DNA of 63,478 bases, filler included, from 14 parts of 14 records of this genome joined end to end with filler, not necessarily neighbours in it, one strand, 5' to 3'; positions 11,218 through 23,940 are shown, counted from the whole stretch's first letter. Notes: a model not told the origin generated them from the letters alone. Made by a program: numbers and translations.

Positions 11218-14148
11218 TCAAACATATTTAAAACACTTCTGTTCATCATATCCAATTTTCGTCTTGAAAAGAACAGAATCAACCCTAAACTGGGTATTTA
11301 ATAGGGGATTGTAGCCATAAATCTCTGCAAAGTAATTAATACAATTATGTCTCTCTTGAAAATGAGACCCAGACCCATATAAGGTATTGCCACAGGTAGG
11401 ACAAGTAAATGTCCATCTCGAAGTTGTTTTGATTGGAGGCTTTCTGGTAATATGAGATACAAGAAAATTCATTGCAATATCTTCACAATTTACATATTCA
11501 TCGATTTTGTCTGTGATCCTTTGATCCATGTAGTAACTGTACATGAAATAGTAATACTAAAATAAAAAATTTTAAAATCCAATAAATTTTGAAAAATTAA
11601 ATTCTAAAATTTTCATAAATTATAAAACAGAAAGTAAAATTATTAAAATGATAACCTTATGTATGAAAGCAGCTCCAGTAAGGACCATAGACAATTCACA
11701 TGTATGATTAGAACTGTATGTCCATGATTTACCATTCCAGCTATGAAACCTTGCAGGAAACCCTACAATTTGATCTCTTACTTCTCTCCAGACTCTGAAG
11801 CCAAAAATAATTTCATCATGCCTCAAATGCATGTCATCATCCATAGACAATATTGCATCAGTTTCAATGATGTCATATGGCAGGAATCTATTATTTAAGC
11901 TGTTTTTACTCGTTTGAAGGACAAAAATGGGTACATGAATATCTGGCCATACCAAAGTCTTGCTTGGTGCCTCGGGGGAATTCCAAACGACAACAACCTT
12001 GTTTAAATATGGTAAACCCTGTAGTCTTTCCAAGGACTGAATTAAAACCATATCTCTTTTATATGTTAGCATAACAATTGTAAATTGTTCTCTGGGGAAA
12101 TTACCACCCAATGATTCACTAAAATGATTGCCATCTCCTCCTTGACCATTGTGAATTGGTCTGAAACCATATCCAGAACCAATAAATTTAGCTTCTGAAG
12201 GAAGAACATTAAGATCAAATGGAATAGATGGAAACATATGAAAGGGGTCTCTTTCAGGAAAATTCCATGCACTTTTCCAATATGAAGACATGTTCTTTTC
12301 ATAAGTAGGTGAAGAGAGAGCTGCTTCAATTGGTCCTAAGTATTCTTCATTTTCTGGTGGGTCATACTTAACAAGTGGCTGCAATAACAAGGGAATTGAC
12401 ACTGTTCCATTATTAAAAGCACCAATGCCCAAATGCTGTTTAACTGGCAATGGGGGAATGTTTAGTCGGGTTCTCATTAAACCTAAATAATAAATACGTG
12501 TGACATGTACAACGCACATTTGCAATTTTACCGATCTAACGCCGCGACGCTTATTTCATGGTGAAAAAAATTGGAGCGGCGTTTTATAGTTAAACTTTAA
12601 TTGGGGTTTAATGTTGGCACATTAATATAGGCGTTTATTACATAGTAAAAAATAGCGCTGCGGCGGCTAATTAATAAGGGCGTCGCTTATTTAAGGGCGG
12701 TGTTAGATCGGTGAAATACGGTATCCAAAACACTTACCAAAAATAACATCAACGTATACTGGAAGGGTTGAAAAGTAGTGAAGCCAAAAGTTTCTGCCCT
12801 GTCGACGAAGTTCAATTACATCCGCATCTGAATATGTTCGCAAAATAAAGTGAAGCTCAGTAACTCTTGCTTTCGGTAGGATAACAGAGAAAAGGTTCCA
12901 GTCGATTATTTCAGAAAAGGGTAAATAGAGCTGTCCATGGTCTGATAAAATAACTGGAACTGCACCAAATTTTAAACAATTCCAAATAGTAGTAAAATAG
13001 TCGGATTGTTCAATTACAATGCAAAAATTGGATTCCCTTAGGAACTGTAAATTTTGATTTTTATTGTCCGTAATAAATACGTCATCAATATTAGTAGATT
13101 TTATTGTCTTAATTTTCTCATCAAGTAAGGAAGATGTTTGCGAAAAGTACAAAAAGAAGTACTTCCTTCTTGCAGGCACAATTGGTGTTAGGAAGTCCGT
13201 ACTGTTCTTTGAGTTAGTAAAAATCTCAAATGGAAATGAGAGTATGTCAAAATATGGTCTAAAGTCTTCAGAATAGCCCTGAAAAATTAATATCGATCTA
13301 CTTTGCTGCAACTTTGGCATTACTTTGTTATTCTTGCCCAACTTAATTACATGGTTTCTGCCATCTCCACCCCAATATGTTAAAGTCTTCTCATCTGTGA
13401 AATGAAATACCAAATAAAGGCAGGCCGTAGCTGGATTTGTTGTGACATACTCCGAAGTAGAAATTTTCTTTTCTTCGTCGTCATAAATGTAAACTTTACC
13501 ATGTGTTGTTATAGAACACCTGGAGTAGTCAAAGCATGAACTCATTGAACATTTCTGAGCTAGACTAGGCTGAGGCGGATGGTAAATTTGAAAACTCTCT
13601 GCTGCAGGACCAACAGGCAAGGGTGGATGAAGTTTAGGAGATTTTGCTTTGACTAAGTCTGCATAGGCTATCTTTGCTTGATCTATATCGAAATGAAGTC
13701 GTTCTAAATGCCTTCTTAAGCTTTCATATTCAGCTTTTAAATTGTTAAGTTTGGTATTTTCTTGCTTAATCATCTCCTTCAGATTCCATCTTTGCTCTTC
13801 TAGAGTTCTAAGTTCGTCACTAGTCTTTAGTTCTATTTCCTCAAGAAATGACAAATGTTTTTGGAGACTATGGTATTTGTCAATTTGAAATTCATCTGGC
13901 ATTCCTTTGATAAATCTACCTTGCTGTAATATGGGATTTTCACTAATCTTTTCTACATCTTGCTCGTCATATGGGATTTTCTGACTTGCTTCATTATAAT
14001 GTGATCTTATGAAACTATAAATGACTAGGGTTGAAACAATGGTTGCAATCAATGAGGTTATCATCACCAAAAACATAAGCTTAGCATTTCTGACAACTTG
14101 AAGAAACAAAGATTGATTTCTGTTATGGTAACGCATAATGTACTGCAT
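11218..14148 (-). CDS. EXTL3: Exostosin-like 3 glycosyltransferase
   Basis: Exons 14148(or 14136)-12738, 12482-11656, 11556-11218. N-terminal TM, coiled coil, GT47-like domain ([15 protein letters not shown]) and GT64 domain ([40 protein letters not shown]). Confidence 0.95.
12523..12721. mobile_element. pogo/Tigger-like MITE in an EXTL3 intron
   Basis: TIRs (TT)ACCGATCTAACGCCGC ... GCGGTGTTAGATCGGTGAAATACGG followed by TA. Internal GCGGCG/CTTATT subterminal repeats; a GC-rich island in an AT-rich intron. Confidence 0.65.
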
Positions 14149-15670
14149 CAGTGTGTACTTATTATTACATTGTACCAGAAGCAGAAACATGCATAATAAT
14201 AACAACCATGGAACAGAACGAAATCGCCAATGTTAGACATATATACATGCTACGTATCAGCGTAGCAGTCACACTGTAGCTAAAAATGAAAACACACAAC
14301 AAATACACATCATATGTAATAAAATGTTTGCAAACAGATGCTAGATGGTATAAGACGTAAAGAACCAGAACAACTGTTTTTCATTCGCTAAATAAAACGT
14401 CTGATAATAGTCAGACTAATACAATAGGTAGCCCCTACTAGTACATGACATTTGTAGCAGGCATATGGCCTATGGTACATAAATTGTCACATACCAAAAC
14501 ATATACCTAGGTACCTATGTACATATGTAGAAAATGCGTACAGTACCGTATAGAAAATACAAGTAGGTACAGTATCTTATATGAAACTTATACGTTTCTT
14601 ATACATACTAGGTACATAATGTTCATGCCTACATAAAAAAGGCTATGATTGCAAACATAGGCAAGAACTCCTTAGATACATACCTATGTACATAGGTATG
14701 TAATAAGAAGTATTGTCTACCATGTACATTGTAGAACAGTCCCTGTACTCCTTCAATCAACTTGATTCAATATGTACTACCATTGACTCTACAAAACCCT
14801 TATCGAAAATTAGAAATTTTATTAATTATTAATAATACTGAAAATTCTAATAATTATTATAATAATTTTCTAATAATTATTAATTTAATGAAAAATTAAT
14901 AAATTAATAAATTTAATAACTATTCTAATAAAAAATTTAAATTATAAAAAAAGCTAATAAAATTTTAATATAAAATGTAGACTATAAATAAATTTTATTA
15001 CTAAAATGCTATATGTACTTCAGTTAGTTTTAAAAAGTAAAATAAAATTTATCAATAAGATTCTATCAACATAAAACTTGATTTAATTTAATTTTATAAT
15101 GTAAAGTAGTAAGCATATTTATTTTTTCTCAAAAAAAGTAAAAACTTATATACTGTAAAGTTTTGTCTAAAAGGCATGCTTATAAGGTAAAGCAAACTTT
15201 CTTGTTATAAAACATATTTGTCTTATATAAGAAGAAGTCTTATAGTAGGCATCAAAATATAAGGNNNNNNNNNNNNNNNNNNNNNNNNNNNNNNNNNNNN
15301 NNNNNNNNTTAATTAATTAANNNNNNNNNNNNNNNNNNNNNNNNNNNNNNNNNNNNNNNNNNNNGAGTAAAAAGGCGCGAAGCAAGAACGCTAATTTAAG
15401 TTCTTAGAACATTAATCAGAACTTATTATACTTTAGTTTATACTATAAACTTTATAGTCAATATTGGTCCAAAAGTTTTGGATGCAACCATGGTCTATTG
15501 AATGTGCCTATACCGATGCTTTACTGTATTATGTTATATATTTAGTGTAATAGTAAAACGTTTTTTATTGTAAAATTAATTGTATTATTAATTAATAATA
15601 CATACTATTGTTACAATAGTATTGTATAATATAAAACGCTTTTAGTATTTAATAGTACTGTATTATGTAT

Positions 15671-15782
15671 CATTAGTAAAACTCTATTATCAGTATAAAC
15701 ACGTCATTATTAATTAATAATGAGTCATTGTTATTATTAATAATAATAACGTGTTTTTATTGATAATATAGTTTTACTAATG
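15671..15782. repeat. AT-rich long palindrome
   Basis: CATTAGTAAAACTCTATTATCAGTATAAACACGT ... ACGTGTTTTTATTGATAATATAGTTTTACTAATG form near-complementary arms. Confidence 0.6.
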
Positions 15783-15858
15783 TTACATATTATGTAATAA
15801 TAGTACATAATATTATTATTATTAATATTAATACACAATTATTATTGTATTAATAAAG

Positions 15859-16033
15859 GTGGTTGCAAAACATGACTGATGAAACACCGATAGTTTCACC
15901 TCCTAAGAGGCAGCCCTGGATGCTTCCACACGTTGAAAATTGGTCTGGCAAAGCACCATACGGCATGGCAGCGTACGTACCTTATAAGACAAGCAAGCCA
16001 AGAATTATACCATGGGATCCTCGAAGAAGCTAA
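15859..16033 (+). CDS. NDUFA12: NADH dehydrogenase 1 alpha subcomplex subunit 12, terminal exon
   Basis: After the AG acceptor at 15857-15858 it reads (R)WLQNMTDETPIVSPPKRQPWMLPHVENWSGKAPYGMAAYVPYKTSKPRIIPWDPRRS*. This matches the NDUFA12 C-terminal pattern WL..MTD..P...H..N..G....YVPY.T....I..W.P. Too short for the ORF track. Confidence 0.8.
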
Positions 16034-16831
16034 ACTGCTTCTTCAGCAATGAAAAAACTGTTTGGTAACCAATTCTACGATATTTCATATTCTGTAATAT
16101 ATTTGAAGCTACCACGAAATAGGATTTTTGTTTTGTGTAGGATTGATGTATTATTTTTGTGTAGGATTCATTATTACAACATTACATAATAACAATAGTT
16201 CAATTTTTGTTTATTATGCAAGTCTTTGATACAATACATACATATTGCTAATCCTGGTAATACAACTTTATAAATTCTATATGTAGTTTATAATACATAG
16301 GAATTATTATTATTAATAACTATGTAAAATCATTGAATAAGAGACGTCATAGGACTTCAATAAAACTCACAAATACAAAGGTCTGAAAAGAAATAAACCT
16401 GTTTTCCTTTACGTTCAAACATTGCTATGGTTATGGTGACGTGTTCCATTATTCGTAGTTTATATAAAACTTGCTTCATAGGCGTGACACCGTATATGAT
16501 ATATTGTTCTATAGTACCGATACAAAGTTCGAACCCTATTATGTTAAAGTTCGATGTGACCACCGTATTTATTCTAATACATTTGATTATGTCGACACAT
16601 GTGAAATCGACGATGTACATAATATGTAGTATGTATTGTACTACAATGTACTACAACGTAATTGTTCTGTAGGTCATGAATTGATTTTTTACTTGTGAGT
16701 ATGTATTCATACATGATAGGACCTGTTCTGAGAACAGGCTGTTGAATGCGTAGTTCAACATGCATATTTGCCGGTTCTTTCTACTGTTTAGATTATAAGA
16801 GTAGATATCTTCGATAAAGTGGTTTGAGTGC

Positions 16832-19081
16832 ATGGCAGAAGAAGATAAAAACCGCTCATACAGTATGTATCTTCTGATGTTTACAAACACATGCAAACAT
16901 ATTGCTGATGTCACGGTGTAGCAATATCGATAAATATACTTTTTCAGCTTATCCTTGGTGTGGGATTGATATTGGTGGCACTTTAGTAAAACTTGTCTAC
17001 TTCGAACCGACAGATTTTAATCATTATTCCAATTTTCAAAGCCATAAAGATGAGGAAACAATTATTGTGGAAAATATCAGAAAATATCTTGTTAGTAAGT
17101 CAGCTTATGGTGAAACGGGTGTTAGAGATACATATCTGGGTTCGTCCTTATTAATAATAATAACACTCTACTTATAATTTTATTACATATTTAATTATTA
17201 AAGGTGATTTTAAATTATTAGAATTGCCAGATATAGTGTTGGATGGAAGAAAAGGAACTCTACATTTTATTCGTTTTCCTACCTCATCAATGGATAGATT
17301 CATAGAATTGAGTGTTCGCAATAATCTTCATCGACTAACAACTCGAGTTTGTGCTACTGGTGGCGGTGCCCACAAATTTGAAAAACTCCTTCAAGAAGTA
17401 TTTTTAACGTTCAACGTTATTACATTTTGTATTAATAGTTTAATTCCTGTAGGAACTCAACTTGAATTTGACAAAGTACGATGAATTAGAATGCTTAGCA
17501 AACGGAATTCTATACATTCGTTCAATTAACCCAATGGATGAATTTTTCCACTTTTCTTCGACAAAGCCGTGCTTTAACGCAGGAGATACTGCCTCCATAA
17601 ACGACTATAGTGAGAAACCTTTTCACTTTGGTAAATCTGCTGACAATAGCACAGAGGCATTTCCATTCCTTCTTGTAAATATGGGATCAGGAGTAAGCGT
17701 TTTGGCAGTTAGAGGTCCTAATAGTCTCAAGAGGGTTTCAGGCTCCAGGTTTCTTACATGTTGACTTCAGTGTTCAACAATTACAGTCACTTTTATAAAT
17801 GTTTAGCATTGGCGGAGGTACATTCCATGGCTTATGTTCCTTATTAACCGGTTGTGATTCCTACGAAGAAGCTGTTGCTTTGGCAGAAAGGGGCAACAGT
17901 AAAACCGTCGATAAACTTGTTAAAGATATTTATGGTGGAGATTATGAGCGCTTTAATCTTTCAGGCAATACAGTGGCTAGCAGGTATACCTCTTTTATTC
18001 TTTGCTGGTATGTATATTTCTTCTCACTATTTGTTGATAATATTGTACAATAGTTTTGGGAATATGATACATAAGGACAAGAAAGAAAAAGCCCTACCAG
18101 AAGATTTAGCATGTGCCACATTAGTAACTGTCACAAATAATATTGGATCACTAGCAATGATGTCTGCATCATTGGAAGTAAATTGCATTCTTCTCTTTTT
18201 ACTGTTATTAAAAATATTTCTTAGTTATTTTGAATATAAAATTATAATTATACATTATGTTATAACAGTTATTATACAATTTATGTATGATCGTTTAGGG
18301 CCTAAACTTTAGGCACTAATGCATGAAATTCAAATTTTGAATCAGTATGGTACTGTAATACTACAGTACGCACTACGTAGTTTATTTGAGTTGTTATTAT
18401 TGCTTGCAATAGCATAGGCCTTATGCCATAGGGTAGTAATCGCCTTGCAAGGTAATAATGAATAATAAGGGAAAATGTGCATTGTGTACAATATTAAAGT
18501 AACATGCTTGCTATAGGTTTCAATGGGATGAAATTTTAGACCTATAATATAAAATTTATTAAGTTAGTATATAGCTATATAATATTATGCAGTTAAAAGA
18601 TAGTACCATAAAAAGGGCGGAGCTACTTAAATTAGCATGCCAATAAATAGCAAAAATGAATATAAAATTTGAAAATCATACTGCGCAATGTGACATGTGA
18701 CAATATGCAATTGCACTTAAGTGAGATTCAATCATTGTCATGCAAGAAGCTTGTCCACTGTGCAAACTTGACCTTTACCTTGTCCACTGTGCAATCTTAT
18801 ATCGATTCGAGACTAGGAAATTTTATATTCTTCAGTACAAAAAATGTACATTATTAATCATAAGTTTAAAATGTATGTACATACATGTAGTACAAGTTTA
18901 AAATGTACTACATTAATCGGAATTTTTTGAGAAGTTGCATTTGTATTATCTTTAGAAAATTGACAAGGTCTTATTTGTTGGTAACTATTTAAGAGCTAAT
19001 ATGTTAGCAATGAAAATGTTAGCATTTGCAATGGACTTTTGGTCTGGTGGAAAAGTAAAGGCGGTTTTTTTGCGGCATGAG
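16832..19081 (+). CDS. PANK: Type II (eukaryotic, fumble-like) pantothenate kinase, last exon(s) missing
   Basis: Exons 16832-16862, 16948-17139 ([16 protein letters not shown]), 17222-17397 ([10 protein letters not shown]), 17453-17748 (LVNMGSGVS), 17807-17983 ([21 protein letters not shown]), 18054-18177 (TNNIGS), 18956-19081 (FVGNYLR...FLRHE). Confidence 0.95.
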
Positions 19082-19479
19082 GTAAAGTAACTTTACTAAA
19101 GTTATGTGGTACAAAATACTGTTTTCTATAANNNNNNNNNNNNNNNNNNNNNNNNNNNNNNNNNNNNNNNNNNNNTTAATTAATTAANNNNNNNNNNNNN
19201 NNNNNNNNNNNNNNNNNNNNNNNNNNNNNNNAATTGATCTAATATTTTTTGAGAAGTGTTTCTCCATGGACTTCTTTCTACCAGTAAGTTCAACTTATGA
19301 TAATGCATGGGGATGTAAACGTCAAGAAAGTGTCGCTATTATTGAGCTTGATTGTTTTTTGCTATAAATAATAAGAATAACTTTATTTCTGTACAGCGAC
19401 TGCTGAAGAGTCTTCAATGAAGAGTGAGTAATAAGGGTATTTTATTGCATATTTATTCGTGCTAAAAAATATAACACAA

Positions 19480-20280
19480 AACTCATTTATTCAAACTTTT
19501 CATGATTTCAGAATTTTCTGGACCAGCTTGAGGATTATCGAGTTCTTTTATTTTATCCGCCACAATCCTTTCTGCAAACGTTCCAATACCTGCAAAAAAA
19601 AACATCAAAATCTTCCCTGGACCAATTTCTAATGATTCTGATCAACTCAGAAGCTTTCCCGTCATGAAATTGAATGATTCAATTTGAATCTCGTTTAGGA
19701 AAGAGAGATCTTCTCGTATCTTGACGCCTGATGATATTAATTCAGCAAAATATTCGTCAGGATTTAAGCTTATTTCTTCATCAGTGTCGATGGGTCTTCT
19801 GTAACTATAGTAAAATTCTCCCGCCATTTCCAAGGATGCTTTAGTTACTTTATAGTTAGGAAAAATTCTTAACAATTCTTCTTTTAACTAGGCTTACACA
19901 GAAGGTTCGTCCCACGCAACAATCTTTGTGCAATAACCACTACGCAATAATCTTTGTGCAATAAGCACCATAAATTATGGTCCATAATGCGAAAAATTAA
20001 GTGAAGATGTCGCTTTTGCCGCCTCTTCAATATGTTGTTGTATGGCAACAACATTTTAAGGACAGATTACAATTTGTTTTGGCTATTAAAAATGAAATAT
20101 CTAGGAAATTTATTGTATTGTAGATATTTTCAAAATGCATGCTTATTATTAATAATAATGATAAATCTTTGGTTTGTTTCTACGCCGTAACAGTCTTCCT
20201 GCAGTTGGTGCTATTTCGTCAGAGTAAAACGATATAAAGAAGCTGGAATTTTGGAAATGGTATGAAGATGTCGCTATTTT
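19480..20280 (-). pseudogene. Decayed coding-like sequence of unknown family
   Basis: One frame from about 20050 to 19480 is protein-like for about 185 codons but has 4 in-frame stops. A similar module (ATSS...RLLR...KI) recurs at about 20277-20150. 28-bp tandem duplication at 19915-19970. Confidence 0.3.
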
Positions 20281-20597
20281 AGTATCCTAATTAAACAGCC
20301 CATTCTAAAAGCCCTTTGAAAAATTTGATCAATGATGGGTGATCTTTGATTGCCTATAAAATAACCATACCTAGATGTCCCCATTACATGAGCAGAACTT
20401 ATATTTATTGTCTTAGAAGTTTTATTTACTGTTATTATTGCTAAATACCATAGTAAAAGGTAAGCATTTTTTTTATGAATTTATGACTTTCGTTTATTAT
20501 AAATTATTCTAGAACTTTGCTTCAAGAACCATCTACTTTATTGACTAAATCCAATTCTTCTTCATATAGTCTAATTCTTATTGCTACAGCTATCACT

Positions 20598-21301
20598 ATG
20601 AACATTTACCTTGCATTATTATGCATTTTGGCTTTCTGCGCTGGAAACACATTTGGACAACCAAGGTGTTTAAAATTATATATTGATATAAATTATATCG
20701 CATTATTAGTAATAATTATTAAGTGTCACACTTAACGGTTAACGGTTAACACTACTACACTAAATATTATAAATTCTCAACAGTTTTAGATGTTGGCAGA
20801 AATATGCCATTTACTGTTGAAATATTTGGTGGAAGTTGGCCAATGAACACTGAAATTAAGGCTATCATGAAGAGATATTGCCCATAATGGGCCCCATTTC
20901 AACTTGCGTGTGATAAACCACGCCATCCTTTTCTAACCCAGTACACGTAAGCATTGCAGTAAGATAGAAGAACTGTTATTTATTAATTTCTGAAAGAATA
21001 ATAATAATTTACTTATTCTAGTAATTTTGAAATTTGCGCGTGTACATGTGATGGTAGAATCCCGGACAATTTAATGCATTATGAGTACTTTCCAGATGAT
21101 TATATGAAAGGTAATAATTATATCAATATAGTTTACTTTGTAACATAGATAAAATTTGATTATTAAAAATAATTATTAGTAAATTTTAGATACCACGTTT
21201 AGACTGAACATACAAATTATTGAAAGAAGGAGAATGATGCGTGAAATGAAAACATTACTCCAAGGCTACTGTCCAACACAGCTCCGTTGCCCTTCACCTA
21301 G
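20598..21301 (+). pseudogene. Secreted Cys-containing repeat protein gene with an in-frame TAA (possible pseudogene), 3' truncated
   Basis: Signal-peptide exon 20598-20667 (MNIYLALLCILAFCAGNTFG), then exons 20790-20946, 21022-21110, 21190-21301 in consistent phase. TAA at 20885-20887. TATA-like box near 20355. Confidence 0.5.
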
Positions 21302-22278
21302 GTACATCTTTAATTTTAATCACTGCCCAAGAAATTTTGGTCAACCTTTTGATCAAAAGCGCAGGTACTGCGGTAACCCATTTTAAGAGATTCAATGGTG
21401 CTGATTTCAAAAATCAGGTCAGCTTTTGCTCATTACATTCTCATCTTCACCAACATGGCATCAAAGTTGCAAAAAACGCTACTTTTGACTATTTTCGGTA
21501 GCACATAACTTTTCGCATGAGCTACCATAGGTATGCTTCGATTTTTCATCCTGCTGAAAGACTAGGCTTTGCACTTTCTAACGACATACAGAGCGTTTAT
21601 TTTNNNNNNNNNNNNNNNNNNNNNNNNNNNNNNNNNNNNNNNNNNNNTTAATTAATTAANNNNNNNNNNNNNNNNNNNNNNNNNNNNNNNNNNNNNNNNN
21701 NNNTACATACCTACCTATACATTGGTCCATATTACGTAATTCGTGTTCTGTTTGTACATCATTGCATTCGTTGTACAGTACAACTTGTATGTACTGAGTA
21801 TTCACAATGAATACGCCGTACTGGCACTGTCAAGTTGACAGTGTCAGCGTTGACTGGCTAACAGCCTTATTAAAATTTATTAGGTACATATTAGAGCCGA
21901 GCCTTGTGTTTTTAATAAGTAACATCCTTATTGTTTTATTCTTTTCAGCCAGTGGCTAGATATGTAGGTAATGAAAACCTACCTAATTAGGACTGTACTA
22001 CATGTACATACCTACCTAGTGATGATTGAAAAATACTATTAGTACATACCTAGTGATGATTTAAAAAATAGTATTTTTAAAATACAATACGCTACATTAA
22101 GTACATGGTATGTTACCTATATGTACTACTGTAACAGTAGGTCTACAATGTAGCTAGAAAATTAACGTACCTACCTAGCCTAGGTAACCTAGCCTAGGTT
22201 ACCTAGGTAGCTAGAAAATTTAGTACAGACATTACACGTAGGTAGTAACGAAGTAGCTAAGACTTATTTTCATTATAG

Positions 22279-22809
22279 AAACAACCACCAAAGCGTAAAG
22301 AGAAAATGGAAGTTGTTAAACGAGCTGAAAGACCGAAGAAAAAAGGAATACACCCAAAGCTACGCCCTTCTATTACGCCTGGCACAATTTTGATCCTTTT
22401 GGCTGGTACTCATAGAGGTCGAAGAGTTGTGTTCCTGAAGCAGTTAGAATCAGGTTTGTTGTTAGTGACCGGACCATGGCTGTATAATCGTTGTCCACTA
22501 AGACGTATTGCGCAAACGTATGTTATTGGAACAGAAACGAAGCTTGATATTTCTGGCGTTACCATACCAGAAGACGTCAATGATCAGTTCTTCAGTAGGC
22601 AGAAAGCAAAAAAGAGCGGGGGCGACATCTTTGCTCAAGAGGATGAGCGATACTCAGCATCTGATATTAGGAAAGAAAAGCAGAATGAGGTTGATAGTCA
22701 AATTCTGTCGGTCATTAAAAATTATCCAGAAAAGAATTTGATGAAGGCATATTTGAAGTCGCGATTTCAGTTAAAAAAGGGCGACAAGCCGCACGAAATG
22801 AAATTTTAG
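22279..22809 (+). CDS. RPL6: 60S ribosomal protein eL6, main exon
   Basis: LRPSITPGTILILLAGTHRGRRVVFLKQLESGLLLVTGP...PLRRIAQTYVIGT...PHEMKF*. Acceptor at 22277-22278, AATAAA at about 22850. Confidence 0.96.
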   Translation, partial: KQPPKRKEKMEVVKRAERPKKKGIHPKLRPSITPGTILILLAGTHRGRRVVFLKQLESGLLLVTGPWLYNRCPLRRIAQTYVIGTETKLDISGVTIPEDVNDQFFSRQKAKKSGGDIFAQEDERYSASDIRKEKQNEVDSQILSVIKNYPEKNLMKAYLKSRFQLKKGDKPHEMKF

Positions 22810-22918
22810 TTTATTTCTGTTGATGGTAGTGTGTGTTTTTGCGCAGGTAAATAAAATAAATTTGAAGCGTACGATTTATACAGTATGAAGTTCATGCTAT
22901 GAACATATTGTACATATT

Positions 22919-23940
22919 TTACGTGTTACTTTTATTGTTATCGCTGGCTACGTGAATACTTTCAGGGGTTCTAATGTAACTGACTCGCACATCCTCATGA
23001 AAATGCTTACTTATAGCATTTTGCATGAGATTTTTTACATATCTTTCATCTTTTGTAAAGCGTCTTTGAAATTCATGCGTGAGAAACCCCATAAAATTCC
23101 CAAGGAAGAGTCCAGCTCCACTAACCTATAAGAATGGAGCATTATACATGCTATTATATGTCTAAAATTATACCAAGTGGCCCTGCCATTGCTTAGTAAT
23201 CAGGCTGTTTGCCACGTTTATGGCATAATTTAATTCTTGTAGTTCAATTCTTGTCGAGGTGATTGCCTAAATATTGTTCTGTTATGTAATAATAACAATT
23301 ATCAACGATTTATAATTATGACATGATAGCCTACGAGATCGGGGATTAGATGTATGCCAGTCCATGCCACCACGAACATTATTTCTGCCAATGTTTCTAG
23401 AATTTCAGAAAATCGTTTTTCGTCAGCATCTGGTTGTTGAAATTTTGCCTTGGTTTTTATGTGCTTTTGGTGCAAGTATGATTGTAAAAACCCAATCATA
23501 AATATAGCTCCGAATTTCTTCGTAAATAGTAAATTATGATTAGTAACATTTTCAACAGCTACTGGATCACTCCCAGTCACTGCGTTTTTTGTGGTAAATC
23601 CCAAGCCAAAACCAATTCCAATACCAATTAAAGACGCTAGGTGTTGCACCATAATTAAAGGCAGAATATCCGCCGCTTTTCTCTCTTTTGATAGTACCAA
23701 AGCTAAGCTCAGAAAAGGGCTATACATTGTACATGAAGGAAAGGTCAAAATAATGACAGGATTAACTATAGGAGAACTGATGTATATTGACAAAAACATT
23801 ACGGCCAAAAATTCATTTTTTAATAACTTCCAGAAATGTTTATCCTTTAATTTGGCTATGAGCACATGCTTTATTTTGAAGAACTTTACCATCTTCACTG
23901 ATGAAAGAAAGAGCAGAAAACGTTTGAATCTGTAGGCCAT
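22919..23940 (-). CDS. Highly divergent aquaporin/MIP-like membrane protein
   Basis: Exons 23940-23335, 23266-23174, 23125-22919. MIP-like segments: EFLAVMFL (TM1), MYSPFLSLALVL (loop B position), MVQHLASLIG (TM3 Q..G/A motif), ELNYAINVANSLITKQWQGHLV (loop E plus W..HW-like), G.F.G in TM6. Confidence 0.55.

Noticed and set aside
16357-16765. Overlapping short ORFs between NDUFA12 and PANK, faintly PIG-H-like
   Set aside because: No room for the TM segments and no convincing spliced model or motif.
21310-21603. Transposon-like sequence at the contig end (also 5750-5910)
   Set aside because: Looks like repeat termini, but truncated by linkers with no second end or TSD to classify.
22010-22075. 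C/D box snoRNA in an RPL6 intron (two TGATGA)
   Set aside because: The copies come from a local tandem duplication; no matching CTGA D box or terminal stem was seen.
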